This document shows, piece after piece, positions 10,501-20,442 of a stretch of 64,000 bases of DNA. Position 1 is the stretch's first letter. Each line of letters starts with the position of its first letter. Below the pieces are notes generated by a model, which saw only the letters and a program-made list of their open reading frames with translations, did not search any database and was not told the origin of the DNA. The translations under genes and the position numbers were made by a program. Source of the DNA: Epithemia pelagica (taxonomy: Eukaryota; Protista; Bacillariophyta); contig OX337237.1 in assembly GCA_946965045.2 (NCBI GenBank), positions 1,116,001 through 1,180,000 on the forward strand. The letters run 5' to 3'.

Positions 10501-10991
10501 AAGTCAATCACCTCGGTCTCTGGTGGTGGCGCGGCTACTGGTTTTTTTCGGGGGACACCCTTTTTCGGTGTAAAGTCCTTTAATTGTTCCGTCGCGTTCA
10601 AACGCGCTGCTTTTTCAAAGACACCCAAGTTAACACGAATGGGAGCCGTGGTTACAATACCCCGGCGAATCAAGGTCTGATCGATGAGAGACATCATTCG
10701 CCCAAAATTGGTATGACTGTCTCGTCGAACCTGCGCTGGTTGGTCACAATCCAACACGAGACGAGCCTCTCGCAAAAAGACATTGAAAAAGTGCTCGTGC
10801 CATTTTCCATCGGCAATGGGAGGATCCAAGGGTGAAGATCGGGGACTGGTGGATAAGATCTCTTGGAGGTCAGCTTCCGAGAGTTTGAGAGATTGGGAAA
10901 ACTTTCGCTTTGCGAGGCGCTCAAACAAATTGGTATCATCCTCACTACTAGTATTACCACCTCCTTGTTGGGCACTGGAAGAATCCGACAT
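4590..10991 (-). CDS. 2,133-aa largely disordered protein with RSPSQ repeats, a WG-repeat array, an acidic array and SIM-like motifs
   Basis: Single stop-free ORF. A possible acceptor (TACTGAC branch, TAG at 11040-11042) is in frame 48 nt upstream of the ATG, so an upstream exon may exist. No catalytic domain recognised. Confidence 0.8.
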   Translation of the reverse strand: MSDSSSAQQGGGNTSSEDDTNLFERLAKRKFSQSLKLSEADLQEILSTSPRSSPLDPPIADGKWHEHFFNVFLREARLVLDCDQPAQVRRDSHTNFGRMMSLIDQTLIRRGIVTTAPIRVNLGVFEKAARLNATEQLKDFTPKKGVPRKKPVAAPPPETEVIDLTEDTEPVEASLRNTPELDRNATSPTSTRRHEQNHDRHEKELWKERYGRYRSPSQENRQYGRHENQDHSRGYSGRHRSPSQESRYSTYEKNQEGWRGGHYGRHRSPSQDSRYSTHEKQHNNRNRSPSQDSRYSTQDKYHEPSRGNHGRRRSPSQESRHGMRTRSQYRSPSQESSSNTRKRPHDEVDRLEKSFKPSIPRKQRSLSLGSQPSSLISTLHEEGVRHSAGTGYERNSTGGTASSSWGSNIPGSGPAKHAASSSWEAQPMNGNGRSSAATSTWGAKQTSTLSVSGWNAKPAPAPINKASSSGGTRPTSTSTWGATNKDTARGESRPSSTSTWGSRNKNTASGESRPSSTSTWGATNKDTARGESRPSSTSTWGATNKDTAPGESRPSSTSTWGATNKDAPHGEARPSSTSTWGATNKDTARGESRPSSTSTWGATNKDTSRGESRPSSTSTWGATNKDTAPGESRPSSTSTWGVTNKDTAPGESRPSSTSTWGATNKDAPHGEARPSSTSTRGAVNQDTARGEARPSSTSTRGAANQDTARGEARPSSTSTWGAANQDTARGESRPSSTSTWGATNKDTSRGESRPSSTSTWGATNQDTARGESRPSSSSTWGATNKDTSRGQSRLSSTSAWGATNKDTSRGQSRPSSTSTWGSRNKVTTSGETRPSSTSTWGSPNKDAPHGETRPSSTSTWGSTNKEPWGATNKDTSSGETRASSAWAKSVASRPVTASWGSRPSASVAIRPVANPGSKPSLKKNTDAPATCPVTDRNLGENDQSVSSADASTATGDGPGTQDGSSGEGAKRSIPSCSWGSNKETATSDAKRQKKDKPSCGGILPAANSTWGANQKSAPSTPSSPSREDQGKDDGLSSEGGPPERSVTSVWGSTVASATTVLGSTRNIWGSNPSTVKRKDKPPPGGESTTIFSRHDIQHKDSGNPSTSSRIAWTQASPGDAPTAGSPRDEPVTNNRVSSSWGSRPSSVLKRKDRPATWGSRGYNVTWNPVLSSSDSRQNSAIDNATECSGSNSSKYGDSTVRTETSRNEFSVALQKDTVTAKSTWGSTTRNASAKPMEASWGSRKPSNAITLHSSSQNKDNTNKRAATSCASPQKGSRDENDSLKRNNDGMDVAEKDDKTTGDGREDRCHESPDSDVEEGELPHEPYTQSSKEVIDLCDSDDESADEICHNTAGGRESDLQQQRDNLDSPNPILKVKRELELERTKDSNHGLDTGDNGGSDEINNDSSISNQETRREDGLDRETGTADSDKADSPNEEVVHENDDKTEITTDSKKPGSPNEEVLLAEHDEEMTADSDKAGSPNEEVVHEHDDKLEEITTDSEKPGSPNEEVLLAEHDEEMTADSDKADSPNEEVVHEHDDKLEEITTNSEKPGSPNEEVLLAEHDEEMTADSDKADSPNEEVVHEHDDKLEEITTNSEKPGSPNEEVLLAEHDEEMTADSDKADFPNEEVVHENDDKTEITTDSKKPGSPNEEVLAEHDEEMTADSDKAGSPNEEVVHEHDDKLEEITTNSEKPGSPNEEVLLAEHDEEMTADSDKADSPNEEVVHENDDKTEITTDSKKPGSPNEEVLAEHDEEMTADSDKADSPNDEVVHEHDDKLEEITEDSEKPGSPNEEILDEHHDKTEEITPDSENSPNDAFNENKQDNRREEVEAMTASGKANTPNEEVTESQNDRREEEEARASSEKAISPNEEIPEHQDDRREEEAMTDSNEALDGDQDDSTQKEATEDSENTDPRNRFEVDEHQIDRTEAAVGDSRKADSNEEFDGHKNDRSEERATADSENADSPNGEPNIDIDGHEDEKTEDNSDEDKTAKRDDKPSLTPKADNTTGGDHDNVCSKCPPESDSARPEERSWTREKEVIDLCDSDDESQDCRAESTTVESTSSPQKVHHTPEKPYPISEVKKEVKMEKGKDAKLSPGPCSGDKGPGSSTRITKKEVIILLDDSDTESENDQGG
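5576..6720 (-). repeat. Coding tandem array, about 8 units of 138-144 bp (46-48 aa, acidic)
   Basis: Unit SDKADSPNEEVVHE(N/H)DDK(T/LE)EITT(D/N)S(K/E)KPGSPNEEV(L)LAEHDEEMTAD, itself made of two related half-units. Confidence 0.95.
8376..9575 (-). repeat. Coding tandem array, 20 units of 60 bp (RPSSTSTWGATNKDTARGES)
   Basis: Counted from the translation: 18 units carry WG and 2 adjacent units carry RG. Confidence 0.95.
9985..10365 (-). repeat. Six dispersed RSPSQ(E/D) peptide repeats
   Basis: YRSPSQEN, HRSPSQES, HRSPSQDS, NRSPSQDS, RRSPSQES, YRSPSQES in the translation. Confidence 0.85.
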
Positions 10992-12193
10992 GATGGCTGG
11001 TCCTCCTCCTTGTGCGAAGAAACGAACACTCGGAGGACCCTAATACGCCGACGCGAGTACAAAGTCACACGTCAGTAAAGGGATTCTGCTCGAGTCCTTT
11101 GGTAGAAAAAGCACACGATGATGAAGCAAAAGAAGAATCGAAGTGAGATCCCTGCAAACGATCCATGATAACGACAAAATCCTTGCGGCAACTATGATCT
11201 GTCTCCTCGTTCACTCAAAAACCCAAAATGTGAACAAGGCTCACTAACCAAAGAACAAAAGGATATGGTGCATTTCTCTCCATTCGATTCACTCACCAAC
11301 AAAAAAGACTTCGTACGTATATGATTCATCCAATAGTATTGCAGCGCAGGGGAAGCAGAGACCACCCAGATCTACTCCATTGGCTCGTCACTACGTACAA
11401 AACGACGCAGTGTCCAAACGATTTGGATTCTCGTTTCCAACCAAATGTCAGTCGCTCTACTGAGGGTGGACCCTTGGTCTGATGAAGTCCAAGAGTCTCA
11501 ATCTGCCAAGCTATTGTGTGCAATCTCGTTTGGAATGCGTAACGAGCAATAGATGGAAGATTGTATATGTTGTTCCAGTTTTCTCTTTGTTTTCATGGTC
11601 GTCGTGTCACGCAAACGAAAAGATCGCTCGTCCGGCACGAAGTATATCCGCGACTTGAATCCATGGTAAACACTCCAGCGGCAGAAAACGTTTACTGTAT
11701 TAGAGTATGAAACTTTTCGTTCTTCCAGCGATAGGTAGTTTTGGCACCGTGACCCGAAGACATTCCGCGCACATGTCCATTGTGTTTTTGCTTTATTGTT
11801 GCGACCATTAGACACCCAACTCCTTTGTTGTGTGTCTCCAGTCTCCCAGAGAACAGAATAACTCAACCCCTCCCCCTTTATTGATTGGATTATTCTACTG
11901 CGTTGGCTGTCTTCCGTTGCTGCTGCAGCTGTTGTTGGTTTTGAAGGACAAGGAGGCGTTCCACCAATAAGTTGAGACTACAAAGACGGAGTGACAGGTT
12001 GTTGCGGAAACCGTTTCTGGTGCAGATTGAGGGGTGTCTATCCGCCAAAAGCCATCACCGTGTTCCTAGTCATCACGGTGCTCCCCTTGGTTGCTCTATT
12101 TCCTCAAGATTTCTGCGCGCTTCATCCGTTCCAAAGTCTCTCTCTCCTTCGCTTTGGCATTTCATTCACGTTTGCAAGTAAAGTATAGGAACC

Positions 12194-13597
12194 ATGAGCG
12201 GTGGCAATCACGACATGAATGCCTTTGAATGGTTGGCGGGTGGGTTGTTTTTTGCCAATTCCAATGCCCCACAAACCTCGTCGTCTTCGCATCGCCATAA
12301 GCGAGAATTGCAAGCTATTGAACATTCCAAAGATGTCAAACAATTGTGGACCGGTGTGCAAGACAATTTTGTACAATTGGAACAACAGCAGCAGCTGCTG
12401 CAAGAACAAGAGAGACAGCAGCAAGAAACCACTCCAGATGCCGTTCCACCCGACACATCGACGGACTCGTTGAGTACAGTCACTGACTTTTTGGCCGCTC
12501 GTGTGACACGGTTGCGCTATTTGTTGTTTGAAGAACGCAAACTCACATCGTCGTCCAATTTTCGATTGTCTTCAACACCGTCTGTAGCCCTGGCCACTGT
12601 CCAGTTCTTTGTGCGTCCATATCAACAACAACAAGAACCTGCACAATTGTGGCCACAATGGATTTGTCCTCAAATCTTTCAACATGTTCCCTTTGAAACA
12701 CGCAAAACCTTGGTGCATTTGTTCTGTTACTTGTTGGTATCGGGGTTGGATGGACCCGATGCTGCCTTGTATCGTGACAATGTCATGTCTGTCTTTGTTC
12801 AACAAGTCGTCTTGAGCCAGTTTCCTGCCATCATAACACAAGTGCTGGCCGGTTATGCCTCGAAATTTTCGCCCGATATTGCCCTCCATTGTGGATCCCT
12901 CTATCGTACCTTGTTGCGTCATGGCAGTTTGTATCAACAATTAGTGGGTACCACGGAGTCTGTGACACTATTTGTCTTTCCCTTTTTGGATACGTTGGTC
13001 CATACACCTAATTTTGATGTTGCGAGTGATGCAATGGAATGTTTGCGATTGGTCCTGGCACCCAGCAGCAGTCAGGCATCACCCGGTGCGTCACAATCTC
13101 AACCACAACAAGCTCCACCACAGCAACAACAAGAAGAGTCTCTCCTTTCTCAACAAAGGAACGAATGGGCGGCTGAATTCATGACGCGAGATTATGAAGC
13201 TTTGTGGGACGATCGATTTGTTCCCCATTTGTTATTTGCCAATGAACATCCCAACAATTACATGACCAAACGTGGTGCCCTGCAAATCTTGGCCAGTGTT
13301 TTGTTGACTCGGACCAATTATACAGTCATGGTTCGCTTTGTTGCGTCGGCTCGCAATCTCAAAGTCATTTTACTCTTGTTGCGACACACATCGCCCCATA
13401 TTACCCTGGATGCCTTTCATGTGTTCAAGGTGTTTGTCGCCAATCCGCACAAACCACCCGAAGTGATCAAAATTCTCAAGGACAATCAAGTCAAACTCTG
13501 TGCCTATCTCAAAACCTTGCATGCCGATAAGGCCCAATCCGATGCACAATTTCGAGATGAAAAGGCCTTGATCATTGCCACCATTGAAGCATTATAG
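12194..13597 (+). CDS. CAB39: MO25 / calcium-binding protein 39-like scaffold
   Basis: Signature C-terminal region NYMTKRGALQIL..LL.RTNY.VMVRFV...NLKVILLLL...DAFHVFKVFVANPHKP...QFRDEK; also FDVASDA. Confidence 0.92.
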   Translation: MSGGNHDMNAFEWLAGGLFFANSNAPQTSSSSHRHKRELQAIEHSKDVKQLWTGVQDNFVQLEQQQQLLQEQERQQQETTPDAVPPDTSTDSLSTVTDFLAARVTRLRYLLFEERKLTSSSNFRLSSTPSVALATVQFFVRPYQQQQEPAQLWPQWICPQIFQHVPFETRKTLVHLFCYLLVSGLDGPDAALYRDNVMSVFVQQVVLSQFPAIITQVLAGYASKFSPDIALHCGSLYRTLLRHGSLYQQLVGTTESVTLFVFPFLDTLVHTPNFDVASDAMECLRLVLAPSSSQASPGASQSQPQQAPPQQQQEESLLSQQRNEWAAEFMTRDYEALWDDRFVPHLLFANEHPNNYMTKRGALQILASVLLTRTNYTVMVRFVASARNLKVILLLLRHTSPHITLDAFHVFKVFVANPHKPPEVIKILKDNQVKLCAYLKTLHADKAQSDAQFRDEKALIIATIEAL

Positions 13598-14148
13598 TTG
13601 AAGAAATGAGAAGTCGGAGAATGCAAACAATGTACTGCGATCGGCCTTGTCGAGTCTCACGCACTCTACGAAACACACTAAACGATATTCCATGTCATGA
13701 AAGATGTAGAAACGTCTCACATAATAGAGAGTCCCCATTTTCTTTAGAAGATGTCGACACACTATAAAAGGACGTAAAACGGAGACAGACAGCGAAACGA
13801 CATCACGCGCGCACAAGACGGGGACCATATGGTGGCGTTTATGAGATAGATACAAGAAGAAAGTGGACTCCAAAGTCTTTTGATTGACAGTCTCGTCATA
13901 ATTTAACTCGTTATGAATCTAGAGTCTTAATGGAATGAGGAGCGCATCTTCATAGTGAGAGTGAAGCGACATTCACGGTTGTGACAAGATAACTCATTCT
14001 GATCGACATGGCACCAACGGTAGATAAGAGGTTTGCAATTCGCAACAACATTCACGTCCTCCTTGTACCTCGCCTTTTTGCTCGCACGTTTTATTTTTTG
14101 CAGCCAACATTCCATAGAAACGGTGCTGTGTTTCAAGCAGCGCCTGAC

Positions 14149-17100
14149 TCATCGTCCTTCAACTAGGTCAAAAATTCGCACTTGTTGATTCCGGAACCCA
14201 GCGGCAACCGAAGCTTTGTCATCCGACAATGCAATGGATACGACCCTGGATGTGGTTCCGGTAGATGTGGCCGTGGTTTCGACGGGTACCCAGTTCATGC
14301 CATCAAAATCAAAGACATAAAAGCTGCCGAGCGCGGTTCCAATGGCGAGACGACCTCCCTTGCCGCTAAGGGTAGTTCCAATACGCTCCCCCGTCGCTCC
14401 CACAATGTCGTTTCCAATCTGTCCAATTTCATTGCTTCCTGCGGCATGACCATAAACGCGTACAATACCTTGACTCACGTTGTATCCTGGACCTCCTACA
14501 GCAAACTTGAACGTACCATCAGGTTCATCCTCAATAATGACGGTAGTTGTTCCAAACAACTCCGTATCGAGGCCGTCCGAAGCAGCACGGAGATCCCAAG
14601 AATTAGAATCCCAAACGTAGTATTCCATCCGCCCACCATTGCCATTGACACCAGGAGATCCTACTACCATTTCTTCTCCATTGGCACTCAGATCAAGACC
14701 TTCGCCCATGAAGCTCAAGTGTGTTCCAAACATACGTTCCGTGACTTCTTGCCAGTCAGAGTCAATGTAATCATACGTGGATACTCCTCCAGTATCCTTT
14801 AGTGTCTCGTTCACACTTGTGTCGGGTGCTCCGATGACAACGCGTCGGCGAGTCGAGGCAACGGCCACGGACTTGCCAAATTCGCCTGCTGCTTCAACGA
14901 CAGCTTCTTCTGTGCGGAAAACACTCCCAATCTGGTTCCATCCTCCCAACCCGTCAGACTCATAGTAGTATGCAGTTCCAAAAGAGACTGAAAGCGTTCC
15001 AAGGGAAGTAATCCCTCGAGTTTGTGGTGCTCCAACCAGCAAAGCAATGGTATCATTTTCTGCGCGTACAGCCATGTCGATAGCAGCGCCATACGATTCT
15101 GATTCATCGGCGCTGTCCGATAACAAACCTTCAACGGTAACATCCAGTGCGTTTGCCGAGCGCTCGTAAGGTTGTGCGGCTCCCAGCCCTGACAATCTCG
15201 GTAGTCCAGCGACAATGGTATCTCTCACCCATGAAATGGCTGCTCCATGCCTTGTGGTGGTTGGAGAACTAAATGTCAAAGGACCAGAACTGGCTGATCG
15301 CCATTCGCGCGTTATTCCGGAGGTCGGAGATTGTGTTGGAGCGGGTACGGGTGATGGAGTGGGAAGAGGCTGGGAGGTTCGACGGTCGGATTCTTCTTCG
15401 TAGACACTAACCAAATCTTCGGATGCATAGCCTACCAACACAGTGTAGACAGAATCAGAAGAGACGTCTACGGCGGTGATGACGGCTGTTGTTGTGTCGT
15501 TGGAAACCTCAAAGCGTTGAAACGATTGGTCCCCAATAATGTCGTATCGAATGATCTTCCCTGAGGCCGTCGCAACTACAAGCTCAGGTCCGTTCGGTCC
15601 AGCTCCTCCTCCAAGAGTCTTTGGCGTCCCTACCCGTTCACCGGGGCCTCCATCAATCTGCCTCAACTGAGTCCACGTGTTGTCGCCCTCCTGTCGTTCG
15701 AACACAAGAACAAGCCCATTTCCGTCACTTGCCGAAGGTGCACCAACCGCCACAAAATCAGAAGAAAGAAACACGACATCGGCACCCAAGTCTACTGCAG
15801 ATGCTAATGTTGTTGAATGAACAACAGACCAGTCATTGTCAATCCATTCAAAGATCCGAAAGCTGCTTGTCCCAGGCTCACCCGCCACAATGGTATTGCC
15901 ATCTCGGCTCATGTCCACAGCACTACCAAAAAGGGCGTTCGCCTGCGTCCCCACCAACTCTGTGGACGATAATATTGTCCAATTCGAGTCCAATAGTCTT
16001 CGGCTATCCGCGACATCAAAATCAAAAGTATAAACTCTGCCGTTGTTATTGGAGTACGCAGGTGCACCAATGACGATGCGATAATTGTCACTCAAACCAA
16101 CTGAGGATCCAAACTTTTCTCCAACGCTGTCTCCGACGATTTCACTTCCTTCCATTTCCCATATAGAAGTTTCGGTATTGTAGACGTAAAAGTATGCTGC
16201 ACCAGTACTGTCTCCTGATGTATTGGCACCGGGAGCTCCAATGAGGAGAAAAGGACCACCCTGTGAGCTTGCCGAACTGAATACAATATCTGCACCAAAT
16301 TCACCCGCTGATGGAGGAGCATCTATGGTCTGACTCTCTTCGTAGGTTACCATTTCTCCGCTTCTCCTTCTCAGTGCTACTGCTCCCATGTCGCCCTCTG
16401 TTGGCATTCCAATGGCAATCCAGCTACCAGCCGTCGCAACACTAGAACCATGTGCTGACATTACCGGCCCTGGAACGACTTGTCGAAGTATCATCGCAAT
16501 CGTTGATAGAACCTGAAAAAGTGAAAAATTGAGTTAGTTTCCTCGCACAGGTAGTTCAAAGAGTAGAATATGAAGGAACTTACCTGCAAAGTTGGAGCAA
16601 GAGTTGGTGCAGGGGTCGGGGAAGGCCCCGGATTATCATCATCGTCATCAGCAAGCAACCATACAATAACAACCACAAGGATTGCGATGAGTAGAATGGC
16701 AATGAATGCCGCAAGGAGTACCAACGCACAAAGAAGACAGCGTCGACGTTCCTTGGCATCCTCGTCTTCGATATTTTGTATCCTTGCCTGTTCCTGAGCG
16801 GTCACACTCTTCATGCCTTGGGCACCGTTGCTATCATCATTTGAATCAACTATAACTACGCCTCGGGTTTGTCTTTGCTGCTCATTTGCTTCATAAGTTT
16901 CTGTCGCTTGATATTCCCCCCTCGTTTCATCATACTCCGTTTGATGAGCCTCTGTTTCATCGTGAAATACTTCGATTTGATCTTCTTCATCCCCGTACGT
17001 AGGTGCATCGATTTCATCTTGTCCAGTTCGGTAAGCTTCATCATCTTCGTACATCCCTGGCGTACCACGAACTCTATAGTCATCGAGATAACTCTCGTCG

Positions 17101-18734
17101 GGTTCCTCGACCTCGCCATCATGAGCCTGGTCATTCAGGACCTCTTCTTGAGGATGATCTTGATCTCCATCTTCTTCATCTCTGAACTCCTCTTGCTGGT
17201 CACCCTCCTCATCTTCCTTATCCGGTAATTCGCTTTGGTCTTCAGAATTTCCACCTTCTTCATCTGGTAGTTCTTGTTGATCTAACTCTGCATCTTGCTG
17301 GTCGGATGCCGAACCAGGACCTTCTCCGTGCTCAGGCTCTGACTCTGACACACCAGGTTCTCCCTGTTCGGACTGTTCATTTCCTGGCTGTGCGCTACTA
17401 TCATCCACCGGATTGTCATCAGATCCGTAGCTTATACTTTCAGGCAAAGTGCGGTTCGGCCGTTGGCTGTTATTCCCCATCAGAGGAGTATCATCGTCTT
17501 CATTGACAAAAACTCCTTCAACGTCGTAGCCTGTGTCATGTACCCAGTCTGTATCGTCACGGCTCTCCACATCTTCTTCACCAACATGCTCCCTTGGTTT
17601 GTTTTCCCGTTGCCGCTCGAGCTCATCTCCCTCGTCGCTGTCATCGCCGAGTATGTCGAATACATCTCCACCTTTTCCTCCGCCTACATTTTGCTGAGCT
17701 TCGCTCTCCTCGTCCTTTCCTGCTTCTCCATCTTGGGAAGTTTCTGCACTCTTTCCTTCACTTTCTCCTTCTTGTTCTTCCACTGAATGCTGTCCTTCCA
17801 CAGCTGATTGTTCTTCAGCTTCTTGCTCTTCAACGGAAGCTTGTCCTTCTACAGCTGATTGCTCTTCAGCAGTTTCTTGGGTCTCGCCGTCTACTGCTTC
17901 ACCTTCTGTATTCTCCTGACCCTCACCCGCGTCCTCAGCCCCCTCCTCCACAACTTCGACGACCTCTACCACTTCAGTGCTATTCTCATCACCATCTACA
18001 GCCGCGGGGTCCTCCTCCACTGAAGTTCCCTCGACATCGGGGGGCTCGGATTCGGCATCCTCAGCCGTTTGTTGTTGTTGTTCCTCGGCGCGTTCGGCTT
18101 CAATAATTCTGGCTTCAGCCAAAACTGCCGCCTTTAAGTGCTCTTCAATATCAGCCTCTTCCATCTTGCCAACAACTTCTTCTTCGGATTGACCAGCGCG
18201 GAGCATTTTCATATACTTCTTGGCAATGAATGCTTCGTGCTCCAGTAATTCAATGGTTTCCTCTTCTTCCTCCTCTTCCTGTTCCTCGACCTCCACCACC
18301 TCTACCACTTCCTCATCTTCCACGACCTCAATCTCCTCTATTTCCTCCACTTCTTCCTCGACAACCTCAACCTCTTCAACTTCTTCCACCTCTTCGACTT
18401 CTTCGACTACCTCTTCGACCTCGACCTCCACCTCGACAACTTCTTCTTCTTCCTTTTTCTCTGGTGCTGGTGGTGTTGGTTCACTCGGTGGTTTGAAACC
18501 TTGTTGCGGAGGGACTGGGTGTGGAAAGTTTGACTTGGGAATGGTTGGCTGTGGAACATCAATTTCTATATCCTCCGCAAACACAGCCGCTCGTACATGC
18601 TCCCCAAGAGATCCCGCCATTCGACTTTCCACTTCCTCCTTGGAAAGACCATTCTTGAGCATTTTCTTGAATCGGTTCGCAATGACCTTTTCATACTCTG
18701 TCATTTCGGGCAAATCATCTTCCTCGCCTTCCAT
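14149..18734 (-). CDS. Type II membrane protein, about 1,504 aa: cytosolic acidic region with two CCDC53-like repeats, TM, PT stalk, two FG-GAP propellers; 2 exons (18734-16584, 16512-14149)
   Basis: Track ORFs 16491..18734 and 14149..16494 join through a 71-nt phase-0 intron (CAG|GTAAGT...ACTAAC...TTTTTCAG|GTT), giving PTLQ|VLSTIAMILR. TM RRRCLLCALVLLAAFIAILLIAILVVVIVWLLA. Blades include FGADIV..LLIGAP, FGSSVGLSDNYRIVIGAP, FGSAVDMSRDGNTIVAG, FGKSVAVASTRRRVVIGAP. Confidence 0.85.
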
Positions 18735-19847
18735 GATGATTGTGGTATCAATTTATCGATGAATCCTTGGCAACAAACGATCTTTGGTTGAAACACAAAC
18801 ACACTAATAAATGGAAGCGTGATGAAAGGAAGCCTTGAATGCACCTTGCGAGGAAAAACAGACGAGCAATTCGTTGCTTATGGTATTCTCCTGCTATCTT
18901 TCGTGGCCTCTTTGTTGTCGCCCTGTCGAATTGAATGCAATAATGGAGATGATGGCCTGCGCCGAGACCGTCTCGTCTAGAGAAATTTGTTCATGTCTTG
19001 GATTGCCCCATACACTGTTTTCTCAACGTTCTTGACAACGTAGAGATTTTCAGTTTGGATTCGACAAATTTGTGGAAACGACGCAAAAAGCACAATTTCG
19101 AGCGGTTTATTTCATTTTGATACAATATAAAGAAGTGTATAATAGATGGTGATCGACGATAAAGTGTGCTCTTCTCCGAGGACTCTCTCGATTCAGGGAA
19201 AATTTTATGTTGGGAAGTTTTTGGCTATCCGTCGGTCGCAGAACATTTCCCAAGACCAAAAATGAGACTCCTAAGTAGTGTAAATTTGGCCACAGAGTAC
19301 TAGGAGTGAAAGTACTCCCCAATCCCCCCCAATCCCCCATTGCCTGTTGAAATCATCAAGCCCAACACGAATTCGGAAAAGAATCCATTTAGGCTTATAT
19401 CTGTCTATAAGAACTATGTCCGCGGAACCGAGATATCTGGTAGAGAGTCATAGTCGAGCTGGGCAATCGGACCATGCTCACAAAATCTAGCGCCGACCGT
19501 AGTTAGTTCGGCTTCTCTCGGATGCTTTCCTCCTTCAATTGCGATACGCAAACTGATACAAATGACAAAATGAGATGACTCTAAGAGAAGTTTATGAGAA
19601 GACGCCATTGGGACAAGGAATTATGCGAAATAGCGGCAAGTTCTACGATCGCTCGTCGGTACCAGAACTTTCCTCAGAGAAAATGACGAATCCTGTTTGG
19701 ACAGACTGCAATAGACCAACTGAATCGATGCTGTTATTTCTCATTTCCCCCTCCCTCTGACGATGATGCGGAGGCATCATTGACTTGATTGATGTGAGAT
19801 GTTACTTTACTTTCACTGTCTGGTTACAATTGTCGACGCTTTGCTCG

Positions 19848-20442
19848 TCACCGCCGCCGACGACGACCACGCGCTGGAACTTCCCAAACATTGTCATGTT
19901 CATTCAAGACAATAACGATGCGGTTGGGGTCAGATCGAGAAAAAGCCTTTTCCTCGTCATGGTGCTTCTGATGAACAAAGTCAATCTTGATGGCAGACTT
20001 GGAGGACACTTGTGTTTGAATGAAATTGGCACACTCCTCTCCCGACATCCACAAACATTCCGGCCACGGTCCTTCTGTATTCTTGTGTTTCTTGTTCGTT
20101 TTGGTTTTCGATTTGGCAACGGTACCGGAAGAAGACGAAAGGTGTTTGCTCGCAGTATCGAATCCCGCCAATCTTTTTGTGTTGCCCTTCTGAGCGGATC
20201 CCATCAACTTGATCCAATGAAGCATTAGGCATCATCATGATTGGAAACAAAGAGAATCGAGTTAAGATATTATTGTGCAGCAATTTTTGTGATTGTCAAA
20301 GGCGGGACCAAGATGATTCGCATTGAAAACTCACCACATTGTCGCCGTACATGAAATCAAAAAACACAAGGGCCGAAACAAAGGCCACTACTACGGCCAA
20401 AATGTTCTTCTCGGGTGAGCTACCTGTGCCGAGAAGCACCAT
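19848..20442 (-). CDS. Second signal-anchored potato inhibitor I family protein; 2 exons (20442-20335; 20207 or 20189 to 19848)
   Basis: Exon 1 MVLLGTGSSPEKNILAVVVAFVSALVFFDFMYGDNV then GTGAGT, phase 0; two in-frame acceptors are possible. Exon 2 has GPWPECLWMSGEECANFIQ and SDPNRIVIVLNEHDNVWEVPARG. The 5-prime end could extend further upstream. Confidence 0.72.
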
